Of a stretch of 64,000 bases of DNA, positions 38,768 to 49,467 are shown piece by piece (position 1 is the stretch's first letter; each line of letters begins with the position of its first letter). A program made the position numbers and the translations under genes. The notes under the pieces were generated by a model that was not told the origin of the DNA, did not search any database, and saw only the letters and a program-made list of their open reading frames with translations. Source of the DNA: a virus; the IMG/VR virus record IMGVR_UViG_3300009159_008491, positions 29,820 through 93,819 of that record; one strand, 5' to 3'.

Positions 38768-41509
38768 TTAGCTAGAGATTAGCCAACTAATATCATTATC
38801 ATCGTCTGCTTTTGTATTTCTACTAGTTAAAATAACCCCTTCTGTAGATTTTGCATCTAAGTTTATTTTTTCTCCTATGCCAGTTTTCTGATTAGAAATA
38901 GACCCAATCATTGCTTTGTATAAATCTCTACTTGCAAAATTTTTGAAATATTCTGTATCTCTAACAAAAAGTAAAACCCCTAAAGCAAAAATCAAATCAT
39001 CATTAAATCCATCAGAGTGTTCTGGTTTATTTCCGTTATAAATAAAAGTATCAAATTCTTCTAATAACCTTACTGAGTTAATTTTTATTTTACCCTCTCT
39101 CATATAAGAATTTAAACTGCTTATAATTAAAGGTCTTGTTACTTGAGTAGTTTGAATACCCGGAATATCATCGTTTTCTTTTATCCTAACTTTAGCTGAT
39201 GGGTTTATAATATCTTTAATTGATTTTGAATGATAAATTCTATCTTCAGGATATTTTAAAGCGTTTTTAATATTTAAAGTTGTTGCTAAACCAAAACTGT
39301 TACACTCAATTACTAAATAAGCATTATTGTAATCTCTACCAACTCTATCTATTAAACTACCAAAAACATCTGGTGGAATTTTACCTTGATATTCTGCTAC
39401 CTGTTCACAAGTATCAGCATCAAAAACTTCTAAGGTTGAAAAGTCTTTTGAGTCGCCTCTAGCGACATCCCCACCTATGATATAATTCTTTCCATGCTCT
39501 GGTTTTTTCCAAACCCAGAAATTTGTTTTTGTGTTTATAAATCTTTCTTCCGTTCTTGTATAATCATAGAAAAATTCAGGCTTTTCATTAATAATAGATC
39601 TTTTATATTTTTCTATAATTCCACTTTCTATAACTAATTGTCTTGAACCTTCAAAAGATAAATCTAACTCTTGAGCAATTTTTACTCTATCATATTGTAA
39701 ACGTTCACATTCTTTTTCGTACCATGGACTGGTAAAATATTTTTGACCATAATCATTAATTTTTTCCTCCATCTCTTTACAATATACAGGATGTTGAGTC
39801 CAATGTATTTCGAAAGGAGAAAAATCATTCTCACCTTTTTTGGTTCCAACCCAAGTTCTATGGTATAGGTTACCCGTTCCTTGGGGTGTGCTAATCATGA
39901 TACATTTACCCTGTGTTGCAGATAATGCAAGACCAGCTGCCATCCAAATATCTTCTGCATTCTCAATGAAAGCGGTCTCATCCAATATTAACATTGTTAA
40001 TGATTCTCCACGACCTGCGTTTTTAGAACTTGCTACTGCTTTGACCCATGATATTTTACCTTCTGGATTTTTAATGGAAAAGAATTTTTCATTATCCTTT
40101 TCTGCTTGAGTATCCGGATCAAATAAAAATTTTGGTAAAAATTGAAAATATTGTTTTACTGTTCCTAAAAATCGTACAGCACCAGCACCATCGTTGGCCA
40201 CGATTAATATTCTCTGATCCATTTTAAAAAGTAACATCCAAACAACAAATCCTGCTGTAATTACAGAAAGTCCAGTATTATGAACTAAAAGACCATCAAT
40301 AAAGTAGTTTTCATTTTTAGTTACGGAAATATCATAACAATTAATTTTTCCTACTCTTTCTATTTTTCTAACTTTTGATTGATCTTTTACATCATGTTTT
40401 CTTGAATTTGCAATTAAAATATGTTCTGAATTTATTTTTTTATAAATTCCTATGTCATTAATAAATTTTATTATACTTTTTGAGTGAGTTATTCTCAATT
40501 TGAAAAAACGATTTTTTTGAAGTTTCATATTTTTAACTTCATAAATATTGCATTTAATATCAAATTTTTTTAATAAAAATTTTACTTGTTCTAAAAATTT
40601 CTTACTTGGGGAAGCTATTCCTATTTCTAATCTTTTATTTGTTTTTTTCTTTAAAATACTTATCCACCCATCTCCTGCAAACATTCTATTTAATAAAATT
40701 GATAATGAATCTTTATTCCAATAAAAAACTTCTTCAGGTAATATTTTATTCTCTGTTTTTTTTCCAGCTATTTTTTTATTTTCACACCATTCCATGATTG
40801 GGCTTTTGGTGTTAACCCCATGTTTTTGATGGGGTAAATAATCGAACCCTTTTAGTTTTGGTGTTTTTCTTAAACTTAATTCTGGAAAAATATAATTTAC
40901 TGATTCTTCAAATTCATTTAGATAATCAATATTGTTGTTCGTAAATTTTACTTGTTTGATTGTACTTCCATCCGTTATGAGATAAGCTAACAATTTTATT
41001 TCATTTATATCAGCTTCAATTTCCCCAAATTGAAATTTTTGATCTAAAATTTCATCGTCAATTTCTAAATCTTTTGCTGATACCCATTTATTTTTATTTT
41101 TTATGAAGAAAGGGTGATTTTCACCAATAACAATATTTCTTGAATCTTTTAATTTTATTTTGACACAATCTATTTCTCCACAATCCCAGTGATCATAAAC
41201 TGTATCTAATTCGTATTTATTTTTTTCAAAATTATAGGAATAAATTATATCTCCTTTATTAATTTCTTTTATCAATTTAGGTCCATCTGGTGTACTTATA
41301 AAAGTATCTTCTGGTAAACATTGTCTTGATTTTAGAATAATATTATTCTGATATTTTACAAAGTTTCTAATTGCATTTTCTTGATACTCAAAACAAGATA
41401 ATTTATCTACTCTGCTTTTTCTAATATCATAAACATATCCATAGTTATTTAAAAAATAAATTGGATCTTTTGCACACTTAATATATTCTTGTATTTCTTG
41501 GGGTGTCAT
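38768..41509 (-). CDS. terL: Terminase large subunit (T4 gp17-like) containing an intein
   Basis: KCAKDPIYF, LKSRQ/TGLS Walker A split by the intein, ILDETAF, ISTPQG, GGDVARG, DDLIFA. Confidence 0.95.
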   Translation of the reverse strand: MTPQEIQEYIKCAKDPIYFLNNYGYVYDIRKSRVDKLSCFEYQENAIRNFVKYQNNIILKSRQCLPEDTFISTPDGPKLIKEINKGDIIYSYNFEKNKYELDTVYDHWDCGEIDCVKIKLKDSRNIVIGENHPFFIKNKNKWVSAKDLEIDDEILDQKFQFGEIEADINEIKLLAYLITDGSTIKQVKFTNNNIDYLNEFEESVNYIFPELSLRKTPKLKGFDYLPHQKHGVNTKSPIMEWCENKKIAGKKTENKILPEEVFYWNKDSLSILLNRMFAGDGWISILKKKTNKRLEIGIASPSKKFLEQVKFLLKKFDIKCNIYEVKNMKLQKNRFFKLRITHSKSIIKFINDIGIYKKINSEHILIANSRKHDVKDQSKVRKIERVGKINCYDISVTKNENYFIDGLLVHNTGLSVITAGFVVWMLLFKMDQRILIVANDGAGAVRFLGTVKQYFQFLPKFLFDPDTQAEKDNEKFFSIKNPEGKISWVKAVASSKNAGRGESLTMLILDETAFIENAEDIWMAAGLALSATQGKCIMISTPQGTGNLYHRTWVGTKKGENDFSPFEIHWTQHPVYCKEMEEKINDYGQKYFTSPWYEKECERLQYDRVKIAQELDLSFEGSRQLVIESGIIEKYKRSIINEKPEFFYDYTRTEERFINTKTNFWVWKKPEHGKNYIIGGDVARGDSKDFSTLEVFDADTCEQVAEYQGKIPPDVFGSLIDRVGRDYNNAYLVIECNSFGLATTLNIKNALKYPEDRIYHSKSIKDIINPSAKVRIKENDDIPGIQTTQVTRPLIISSLNSYMREGKIKINSVRLLEEFDTFIYNGNKPEHSDGFNDDLIFALGVLLFVRDTEYFKNFASRDLYKAMIGSISNQKTGIGEKINLDAKSTEGVILTSRNTKADDDNDISWLISS
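40277..41320 (-). mobile_element. Intein (348 aa) with LAGLIDADG homing endonuclease
   Basis: Begins CLPEDT after KSRQ and ends NYFIDGLLVHN/T; LAGLIDADG-like motifs LLAYLITDG and LLNRMFAGDG. Confidence 0.93.
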
Positions 41510-41563
41510 TAAAGATAAATATACTTATTATTAAAAATAAGAATATACTAATAATTTTGAATA

Positions 41564-41872
41564 TTAGAGCCCTACATAGATTACAGGTTGAGTAGCATCA
41601 GTAATAACACTATAAACTTCTGAAACATAAGAAACATTTGTTGTTTCATTTTTTAAATAAAACTGATGAAACCCTATTGTATTTGATGACCAACTTACTT
41701 CATAAGTTCCTGTTGGCCCATTACTCAAATTAATATTTGGAGTAACGGTGTTTGTTTTTTGGCCGTCTATAAAAAAAGCTAAATCAAATGTAACTCCTGT
41801 TACAGGATTATTGTTCACATCAAAAGATTGAACTATTTCATATACTGTTTGTCCTAATGATACGTTTGGCAT
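41564..41872 (-). CDS. Small Ig-like, probably structural protein
   Basis: Beta-rich; FDVNNNPVTGVT, TGTYEVSW; TATTTAT upstream. Confidence 0.6.
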   Translation of the reverse strand: MPNVSLGQTVYEIVQSFDVNNNPVTGVTFDLAFFIDGQKTNTVTPNINLSNGPTGTYEVSWSSNTIGFHQFYLKNETTNVSYVSEVYSVITDATQPVIYVGL

Positions 41873-41895
41873 TTTTAATAAATATTACTTTAATT

Positions 41896-44800
41896 TTAAA
41901 CTTTATATATTTGATATGAGAATTTTAAATTGGCATAAGTTCTATCTGCTGGTAAAATACTGAAAACTAAATAAGAGTCGCACTTAACTAATCCGGTACC
42001 AACCTCAAATTCAACAGAAAAACAAGTTACGTCATTAGCACTTGCAGTATATGGAATATAAGACCCTCTACCATCAACTAAATTAAGTGTTGCTGGATCA
42101 CTACAATTAAAATATTGTAAAGCAAACCAAAAAACGTCATTTGCTACTATATCATCGGAATGCAAAACTCCACATACAATTATTTTTTCACTAATTCCAA
42201 TATCAAATGAAATAGGAATCCCGCAATTAACATATGCTACATTCCATGCACCCGATATATTCCAAGGCTCTCCATTCCAGCCTGCTCGATCATTTCCATA
42301 ATAAAAAGTACTTTGTACGGCAGTCTCAATATAAGAAGAATTGTTTGCAATTAAACCTCCTCCATTAACACCGGAAGTACCAGAAGAACCTGCACTACCA
42401 GAAGTACCATTGATGCCAGAAGTACCTCTACTTCCTGAACTACCTGATGTACCAGCAGCACCTGAACTACCACTAGAACCTGCACTACCACTAGATCCTG
42501 CACTACCTGAGCTACCGCTAGATCCTGCACTACCAGATGATCCTGCACTACCTGAACTTCCAGAAGAACCTGAAGAACCAGCTGTTCCGTTAGCACCTGA
42601 TGAACCAGATGACCCTGCACTACCACTTGTCCCACTTCCTCCACCTCCGCCTGTTGTTCCAGTAGAATAAACATAACCATTTGCATCTACTGTTAGGAAT
42701 CTTGTTCCTCCGTTAGGAGTATTCTCTATTTTTAAATAAGGAACAAACACATGATCATTATCATTTCCGGTTGAAGATAATGATACTGCATTGAGAGTAT
42801 TTGAAACTCCTCCTAATATTACACCTCTTGTTACATCAAAAATAGAACTGGCATTACTTCCAATTATTAAAGAGTTAGTTGAACCTGTTATTGTTGAAGA
42901 TGTAGATGAAACAATTGTAGATTTGGTTGAAGAGGATATTACACTAAAATTTGATTGTAAAATAGTTGAATTTGTACCCGAATAAACTTTATTATTATAA
43001 CCAGACACAAGATTATAAGAACCTTTTTTCAAGTAGTTGGAAACTCCATTAATTATCGTTGAAAAAGTGGCCCCATTATTAGCAGGTTGTAAAGCTTGAT
43101 ATATTGTATTGTTCGCACCTTGAAGAATTATGTTAGTATTCCCTCCAGCTTTATTATTAGATCCATTTAAAATACTTGTGAATCTTCCTTGTCTTATTGC
43201 ATTTCCAGAACCAGTTCCAATAAAATTATATCTCCTATTAAATCCAGAACCGTAAAAATCGTCCATTACAATACTGTTGCTATTACCATTGATAATTGTT
43301 GCAAATGTGACACCACATAAAATATGTGATTGTCCACCACCCACTAAAAATCTATAAGAACTATAGGCTTTTGTTCCAGTTCCGTTAATTATCGTTGAAA
43401 GGGCACATACATCAGGAAAAGGATTACCAGCCCCTCTTATAGAATAACTAACGCCAGATATAATATTATTGTTTCCATTTAATATTGAAATCATTCCAAA
43501 ATTTGAACCAGCACCTCCTAAAGTTTCTCCAGTATTGAAAGCAATTCTATTATTATAACCATTGCCAATTGTACTATATTGTACTAAACTCTGATTTATT
43601 CTACCTCCTATTATTGAAGAAAATCTAGTTTGAGCAGTATTGCTGTCACCGTTTAAAATAGTTTCTTTTCCAGATATTGTACTTCTTTTTATCCTATTGC
43701 TTTCTCCGTTTCCTATTAAAGAATATTCAACTGAATAAGTTATATTTGATCTTCCGGCACCAATAAAACTTCTTGATCCCCCTGAAATTAAATTAAAATC
43801 TCCGTTACCAATAAAGTTATAAATATTGGTTGCTAATGTGCCTCCTGATATTATATTATTTCTTCCGTTTCCTATGAAATTGGTGTTGCCAGAAACATAA
43901 TTATTTCTTCCATTTCCTATAAAAGAATAAATACCAGTTACCTCGTTATATTCACCACCTAAAATGGTTGAATAATTACTATTTGTTAAGTTGCTTTTTC
44001 CATTTAAAATAGTTGAAAACTTTCCAAAAGTTGAATTTCCAGAACCGTTTAAAATTGTCGCATAATTATTTGTTCCGGCTGTGTTAAAATCGCCATTTCC
44101 AATAAATGCACGTCTAGAACCAGTGATTAAATTAAAATTACCAGCAGCTATTAAACTTGTAACTGAGGTATTTCTTATAATGTTACCGGTACCGTTTCCA
44201 ATGGCTGCTCCATCGCTAGTACTTAAAATTGAATTTGAAACTCCATTTAATATGCTTCCGAATATAGTAGAACTTATTGTATTCGCTGAGCCCGCTAACA
44301 TTACAGAGTAATTACCGGTACTTAATGTATTTTTAAATCCATTGACTATTGAAGAAAAATTAGATGAACTTACGGTGTTTCCTGAACCGGCACCAATAAA
44401 AGAATAAGGTGAACTTGAATTAATCGTGTTTGTTTTACCACCGATTATTGTGGAATATTGAGAAAGGCCTGAATTTGACTTGCCAGCAACTAAAACAAAA
44501 TTTGCGGATGCTTGATTATCTCCTTTTTGTAACTGAGCGGCCATTGTAGCAGTAGTATAAGCACCAGTGCTTGTTCTACCACTTTCCCAAATTGTATGTC
44601 TTATTGTAAATGGATCACTTAAGGTATTTCCAGAAATTATTTGTGTAGCAGTTCCTGCAGAAATATTAGGTGCGGTCACACCTGTGACAGCAATTGTGAT
44701 ATAATTATTGTTTGTTGCTCTTGTAACTGATATATTATTTCCACCAGATAAACTCCTCAGATAAACAGTTCCTAAGTTTTGATTACTGTAAATATTTCCA

Positions 44801-46101
44801 GCTGGAGAACCTGCATTACCTAAATTATTAAAAACTTGTGTGTATGCAATTCCTAAAGTTATACCCGTTTTATATACGTAACCATTATTATCAATTGTTA
44901 AAAATTGGAATGGTGTTGTTGGACCTTGATATATATTAGCTATTCTTAAATAAGGAACTGCAGTTGTATATGCAGATAATCCTATTGTAATATTTTTACC
45001 ACCAGTTATTGTAGAATAACTTTTATAAATTTTATTACTTGCACCTCCTAAAACAGTTGAATGAGTTGAATAAACTTTATTATCGGATCCTTGTACTATA
45101 GTTGAATAGGTTCCTCCACTAACGAAATTTTGTCTACCATTTACAATTAAAGAATAATGTGAATTTCTAATTTTATTTTTATAACCAGAAACTAAAGTTG
45201 AATATGAAGAAGCACTAATTATATTATATGAACCACCTACAATTGAAGATTTTTGACTAAAATATGATTTATTTTGTATACCATTTAATATTGAAGAATA
45301 TGGTGATCCACTAATTGTATTATAAGATCCATTTCCAATTGTAGAATTTGGACTAACATTTGATATTTGATTATTTATACCATTTATTGTTGTTGAATAT
45401 GGCGAACCACTAATTCCATTATAATGTCCATTTCCAATTATAGAGTATCTAGAAGAATTAATATTACCTTTATAACCATTTAATATTACTGAATATGGAG
45501 ATCCAGTTATATTATTTTGATACCCAGTACCAATTAAAGAGTTTCTAGAAAATAGAATACCCATTTTAGGACCATTCAATATTATTGAATAGTTTGATCC
45601 ACTAATAATGTTTTTATAACCATTTGTTATCGTAGAATGCAAAGAAGTAATTGCAGAATTTGCTCTGCCATTACCTATCAAAGAAAAACTCGAATAATTA
45701 TTCTGATTATTTTGTCCTCCTAAAATTCCAGAATAATTACTTTGATTATTAATTGTATTACCACTTCCTGCAACTATTGACCAATTAGAATTAGATGTAT
45801 TTTGACCATTTTGTAATTGAATCGGCATCAAATAAGAAGAATAACTTCCTCCAGCACTTGTTCTTCCACTTTCCCATAAAGTATGTCTTATGGTAACTTT
45901 AGTTCCAGCACTTATTAACTCTATTGCTGTTCCAGCTGACAAGTTATTAATACTTCCACCACCAGTAGATCCTGTTGCAGTGTTAACATAATATCTCAAA
46001 GAACGTAGATTTACTACATCCTTATCATGAATTGGATCTGATGCGTTTACGCCTCTCCTACCAAAAAAATTTACACCTTCTGGACCTAAAAGTTCTACCA
46101 T
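41896..46101 (-). CDS. Long tail-fibre/adhesin-like protein with beta-solenoid repeats and a collagen-like segment
   Basis: Dozens of ~15-aa S-x-I-x-N/G-G-x-x-N repeats, an internal module duplication and a Gly-X-Y run. Confidence 0.75.
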   Translation of the reverse strand: MVELLGPEGVNFFGRRGVNASDPIHDKDVVNLRSLRYYVNTATGSTGGGSINNLSAGTAIELISAGTKVTIRHTLWESGRTSAGGSYSSYLMPIQLQNGQNTSNSNWSIVAGSGNTINNQSNYSGILGGQNNQNNYSSFSLIGNGRANSAITSLHSTITNGYKNIISGSNYSIILNGPKMGILFSRNSLIGTGYQNNITGSPYSVILNGYKGNINSSRYSIIGNGHYNGISGSPYSTTINGINNQISNVSPNSTIGNGSYNTISGSPYSSILNGIQNKSYFSQKSSIVGGSYNIISASSYSTLVSGYKNKIRNSHYSLIVNGRQNFVSGGTYSTIVQGSDNKVYSTHSTVLGGASNKIYKSYSTITGGKNITIGLSAYTTAVPYLRIANIYQGPTTPFQFLTIDNNGYVYKTGITLGIAYTQVFNNLGNAGSPAGNIYSNQNLGTVYLRSLSGGNNISVTRATNNNYITIAVTGVTAPNISAGTATQIISGNTLSDPFTIRHTIWESGRTSTGAYTTATMAAQLQKGDNQASANFVLVAGKSNSGLSQYSTIIGGKTNTINSSSPYSFIGAGSGNTVSSSNFSSIVNGFKNTLSTGNYSVMLAGSANTISSTIFGSILNGVSNSILSTSDGAAIGNGTGNIIRNTSVTSLIAAGNFNLITGSRRAFIGNGDFNTAGTNNYATILNGSGNSTFGKFSTILNGKSNLTNSNYSTILGGEYNEVTGIYSFIGNGRNNYVSGNTNFIGNGRNNIISGGTLATNIYNFIGNGDFNLISGGSRSFIGAGRSNITYSVEYSLIGNGESNRIKRSTISGKETILNGDSNTAQTRFSSIIGGRINQSLVQYSTIGNGYNNRIAFNTGETLGGAGSNFGMISILNGNNNIISGVSYSIRGAGNPFPDVCALSTIINGTGTKAYSSYRFLVGGGQSHILCGVTFATIINGNSNSIVMDDFYGSGFNRRYNFIGTGSGNAIRQGRFTSILNGSNNKAGGNTNIILQGANNTIYQALQPANNGATFSTIINGVSNYLKKGSYNLVSGYNNKVYSGTNSTILQSNFSVISSSTKSTIVSSTSSTITGSTNSLIIGSNASSIFDVTRGVILGGVSNTLNAVSLSSTGNDNDHVFVPYLKIENTPNGGTRFLTVDANGYVYSTGTTGGGGGSGTSGSAGSSGSSGANGTAGSSGSSGSSGSAGSSGSAGSSGSSGSAGSSGSAGSSGSSGAAGTSGSSGSRGTSGINGTSGSAGSSGTSGVNGGGLIANNSSYIETAVQSTFYYGNDRAGWNGEPWNISGAWNVAYVNCGIPISFDIGISEKIIVCGVLHSDDIVANDVFWFALQYFNCSDPATLNLVDGRGSYIPYTASANDVTCFSVEFEVGTGLVKCDSYLVFSILPADRTYANLKFSYQIYKV
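42361..42633 (-). repeat. About 30 Gly-X-Y triplets (GSS/GSA/GTS), collagen-like
   Basis: GTSGSAGSSGSSGANGTAGSS... read directly. Confidence 0.9.
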
Positions 46102-46172
46102 TTAATTTAAATACTATATCTCAAAATAAATAGTATTTAAAATAAAACGATATTGAAAATAATCAATAAAAA

Positions 46173-47600
46173 TTATCTAAATAAGATTTGGACGATTCCA
46201 AAATCACCATCAAATTCTTTTGTGGTTTTAAGAACGTGATATTTTGTCCCATTTATTGCTCTTCCATCAGAACCAACATCAATTTTTTGTGATGTAATTT
46301 TTTCTGAAGTTCTAACATATAATTTACCCAATAATCCTATTGGAGCCCATTCTTTTCTTTCTGATCTTGGAATATATTCTTGATTTGGATTATAATTTTC
46401 ATTAAAAACATTAATTTTTAAAACATGTATTAAGTTTTTAAGATTTATATCATTAATTGAAATATTTTCAGCTATAGTTCCTTTTATATTTGTAGCACTA
46501 GGATGTTCTGTATAAATCTTATTGTCAGGACCTAAATGATAAATTTGATTGTTTTCTGATTTTTCACTATTCAACAAAGTAAATCCTGAATAATTTTGAT
46601 ACATTTCTCTTCCCCATATATCTCTTTTATGCAATTGATTCCAAAATTCTTCAGCTCCATCACCAATAATACATGGAGTAGCAGATACAATACCAACAAT
46701 ATTAGAATTGTCTATTTTAATTTTATCTTTATTTAAACTTACAAAAAAACCAGTTCTATCCTGATTGTTTGGGTTTTGATCTTCCCATTCAAAATATTCT
46801 GCATAATCGGCTGTTCCATTCTGAGTTAATGCTCCATTCATGGTCGCAGCACCAGTTGAATCTATTCTAAATCTATTGTTTGTAACAGCTGGTGTTGTAG
46901 TGGTACCGCCATTTGCAAATACAAAACTATTAGCTCCTCTGGTTCTACCACCTGTTCCTAAAACAACTGATCCAGTATGATCAACAAAATTGCCTGATCC
47001 ACCTAAAAGTGTTGAATAAGGTGCTGTAATTTTATTGTTTCTTCCACCTCCCATAAAGGAAAAATTTGCATTAGTCATGTAATTTGATTTACCCCAAACT
47101 ATAGCCGAATAATTACCTGCATATATACCATTACTAGACCCTCCTATTAATGAGCATTCAGGCCCACCATATGGTTCTGCATTTGTATAAGAGTTTTTTC
47201 CACCAAGATGAGTAGAATAAGGTCTACCTACATAATTATTTTTGCCATTCAAAACAATACTATAATCACCAAAAGCTCTATTTTGACTTCCATTTACAAC
47301 TGTTCCAAAAGCATTATAAACTTTATTTTTAAAACCACCAACTATTGTAGCAAAATTAAATCCACCAAAAGTATTTCCAGAGCCACCCAAAATTGAGCTA
47401 TAAGATCCAGAACCAATTGTATTTCTTTTTCCAGTTACAAATGAATAACTTCCTCCATTAGTATTATTTCCACCAACTGTTAATACAGAATATGCTCCAG
47501 TACCAGCTGATAAAAGATTACTATTATTTATGAAAAAATCATTGATTTTTATCCTTCCTTGGTTTAAGGTATCTGTAGATAATATTAGTTGATATGCCAT
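46173..47600 (-). CDS. Tail spike/fibre protein with a C-terminal peptidase G2-like intramolecular chaperone
   Basis: Beta-solenoid repeats followed by ADYAEYFEW, GIVSATP, YIPRSERKEWAPIGLLGKL. Confidence 0.8.
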   Translation of the reverse strand: MAYQLILSTDTLNQGRIKINDFFINNSNLLSAGTGAYSVLTVGGNNTNGGSYSFVTGKRNTIGSGSYSSILGGSGNTFGGFNFATIVGGFKNKVYNAFGTVVNGSQNRAFGDYSIVLNGKNNYVGRPYSTHLGGKNSYTNAEPYGGPECSLIGGSSNGIYAGNYSAIVWGKSNYMTNANFSFMGGGRNNKITAPYSTLLGGSGNFVDHTGSVVLGTGGRTRGANSFVFANGGTTTTPAVTNNRFRIDSTGAATMNGALTQNGTADYAEYFEWEDQNPNNQDRTGFFVSLNKDKIKIDNSNIVGIVSATPCIIGDGAEEFWNQLHKRDIWGREMYQNYSGFTLLNSEKSENNQIYHLGPDNKIYTEHPSATNIKGTIAENISINDINLKNLIHVLKINVFNENYNPNQEYIPRSERKEWAPIGLLGKLYVRTSEKITSQKIDVGSDGRAINGTKYHVLKTTKEFDGDFGIVQILFR

Positions 47601-47643
47601 TTTTAATAACTTTTAATAATAAATAGTAAACATTATAAATAAA

Positions 47644-49452
47644 CTATAAAAAAGTTTCGTTTGATAAGCTATCAAAAGTATTATTATTACCCCATTCAAT
47701 ATAAAAAATTAAATCTAAATTCGTATTAGAATTGATTGTAATATAGGTATTAATTGTAATATATGCATTATATTGTGGACTCGGAGCAGTAGCAACTAAT
47801 TTATAGTATCCTCCATTAACATTCCCAAAATCAAACAAACCTTCTATTGAAGAAACTTGTGCATATTCAATTCCGGTTACCATATCATTATAATTACCAA
47901 CTTTGTTCGATGTTCTTTGAGAAGAGCTCGCAATGTCAATAGCTAAATCAACCTGTGTATTGTTGTATACTTGGTATAATGTTATACTAGCACCTTCAAT
48001 ACCTCTTGAAGCTGTTGTAAAACCAAAAGATGAATTTGTTAAGCCAGTATTTGGACTTTCTCCAACTACATATAACCCTAAAGAAGACCAAGTTGCAGAA
48101 GAATAAAGTGCATTTCTCCAATCTTGAGTATATAAAGTTCCATTATAGTGTACAGTTACATCATATATTGTACTTGTGTTTGCTGATGTTGAAGCTGAAA
48201 TTGTGTTTGCTACCATAACACCGTTTGTAGTAGTCGCAAAATTATATGTAATTGCACCTACTGTATTTGGTGATACGATTGTCATTCCTGAAATTTGGTA
48301 TTGACCAGAATAATCATAATCAACATAATTTCTCCAAGTATGACCCGAAAGCCTAAAATCACCTGTAGCTATTATACTAGCTTCAACAGAATCAGACCAA
48401 GTTGTAATATTTTGTTTAGTATTAAAAATATTAATAATTTCTTTTGTATTTCCTATTCTATAGATAAATGAATCATTGGCTCTTAAAGGTGTTGAAAAAG
48501 TTCTTACAAATTCAGCATCTCCAACTTGTTTGTTTATAATATAATTATAAATATCTGAACCAGAAAACGGTGTATCTTGTGTATCATAATTGACTTGTAG
48601 TTGATAATAATCTCCATCATCAACGTTAGAAAAATTAAAAACTGGACTTAAATTTGTTGTGGTTCCTTGTACTGCTATTGCAGAATTACCACCAGAAACA
48701 TTTAGATTAGCTTTTTTAGGAGGAACAAAATATGTAAAAAAGGCACCATTTATTACAGATCCAGAAAATGGCGTATTTCCCGTTATTGTAGCAGGTCCAA
48801 TTCCAGATTTGTATGTGGTAGTAGCAGAAGGTTCCAAAAATAATCTAGTTGGAGTATTGTTATTATTGGTATCTAAATAATAGCAATCTCCTAATGTCAT
48901 ATCATTCGGTTCTTCAAATGAAAATACCGTATCTATTATATATTGATCTTTATCTGAAAATACATATTTCGTAAAATTACCTATATCTTTATATTGTGTT
49001 GGAAAACTATATGTATAAGCACTATTTATGATGGTAATTCCCGAAGTATTTTCTTGTATTTCTATTAATGGAGTAGTTAAATAACTATCAACATTAGCAG
49101 TTGAAGTGTTTGGATTTGATACATAATCAGTATAAGCAGAAAATGGTAATCTATATAATTCATGTATAATTAATGTTGATCCGGTATTTGTTAGTAAAGA
49201 ATTTATAGAATCTCCTGAAAAATATATAGTATATTCTTTACCATTATTTATATCATAACTTATAGAATTATAATCTACTCCATAATAATTTAAACTAGCA
49301 CCTTGTATTCTATAGTATGCAGGATAATCATATGAAAAAAAATTACCTAAAGATATTTTATTAAAATATCCTAAGGTATTTTGTGTTAAAACTTGTGAAG
49401 ATGTATCGTTATCTCCAGTTGTTTGTGATATTATATAATTTTCTAATGACAT
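47644..49452 (-). CDS. Putative virion structural protein
   Basis: 602 aa, rich in S/T/N/Y beta-strand-like sequence; structural cluster. Confidence 0.6.
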   Translation of the reverse strand: MSLENYIISQTTGDNDTSSQVLTQNTLGYFNKISLGNFFSYDYPAYYRIQGASLNYYGVDYNSISYDINNGKEYTIYFSGDSINSLLTNTGSTLIIHELYRLPFSAYTDYVSNPNTSTANVDSYLTTPLIEIQENTSGITIINSAYTYSFPTQYKDIGNFTKYVFSDKDQYIIDTVFSFEEPNDMTLGDCYYLDTNNNNTPTRLFLEPSATTTYKSGIGPATITGNTPFSGSVINGAFFTYFVPPKKANLNVSGGNSAIAVQGTTTNLSPVFNFSNVDDGDYYQLQVNYDTQDTPFSGSDIYNYIINKQVGDAEFVRTFSTPLRANDSFIYRIGNTKEIINIFNTKQNITTWSDSVEASIIATGDFRLSGHTWRNYVDYDYSGQYQISGMTIVSPNTVGAITYNFATTTNGVMVANTISASTSANTSTIYDVTVHYNGTLYTQDWRNALYSSATWSSLGLYVVGESPNTGLTNSSFGFTTASRGIEGASITLYQVYNNTQVDLAIDIASSSQRTSNKVGNYNDMVTGIEYAQVSSIEGLFDFGNVNGGYYKLVATAPSPQYNAYITINTYITINSNTNLDLIFYIEWGNNNTFDSLSNETFL

Positions 49453-49467
49453 TTTTTAATTAATTAA

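Noticed and set aside
42341-42985. Pro/Glu/Leu repeat ORF 42341..42670(+), Val/Gln ORF 42351..42686(-) and 42791..42985(+)
   Set aside because: Alternative-frame or antisense readings of the Gly-Ser repeat and neighbouring fibre sequence
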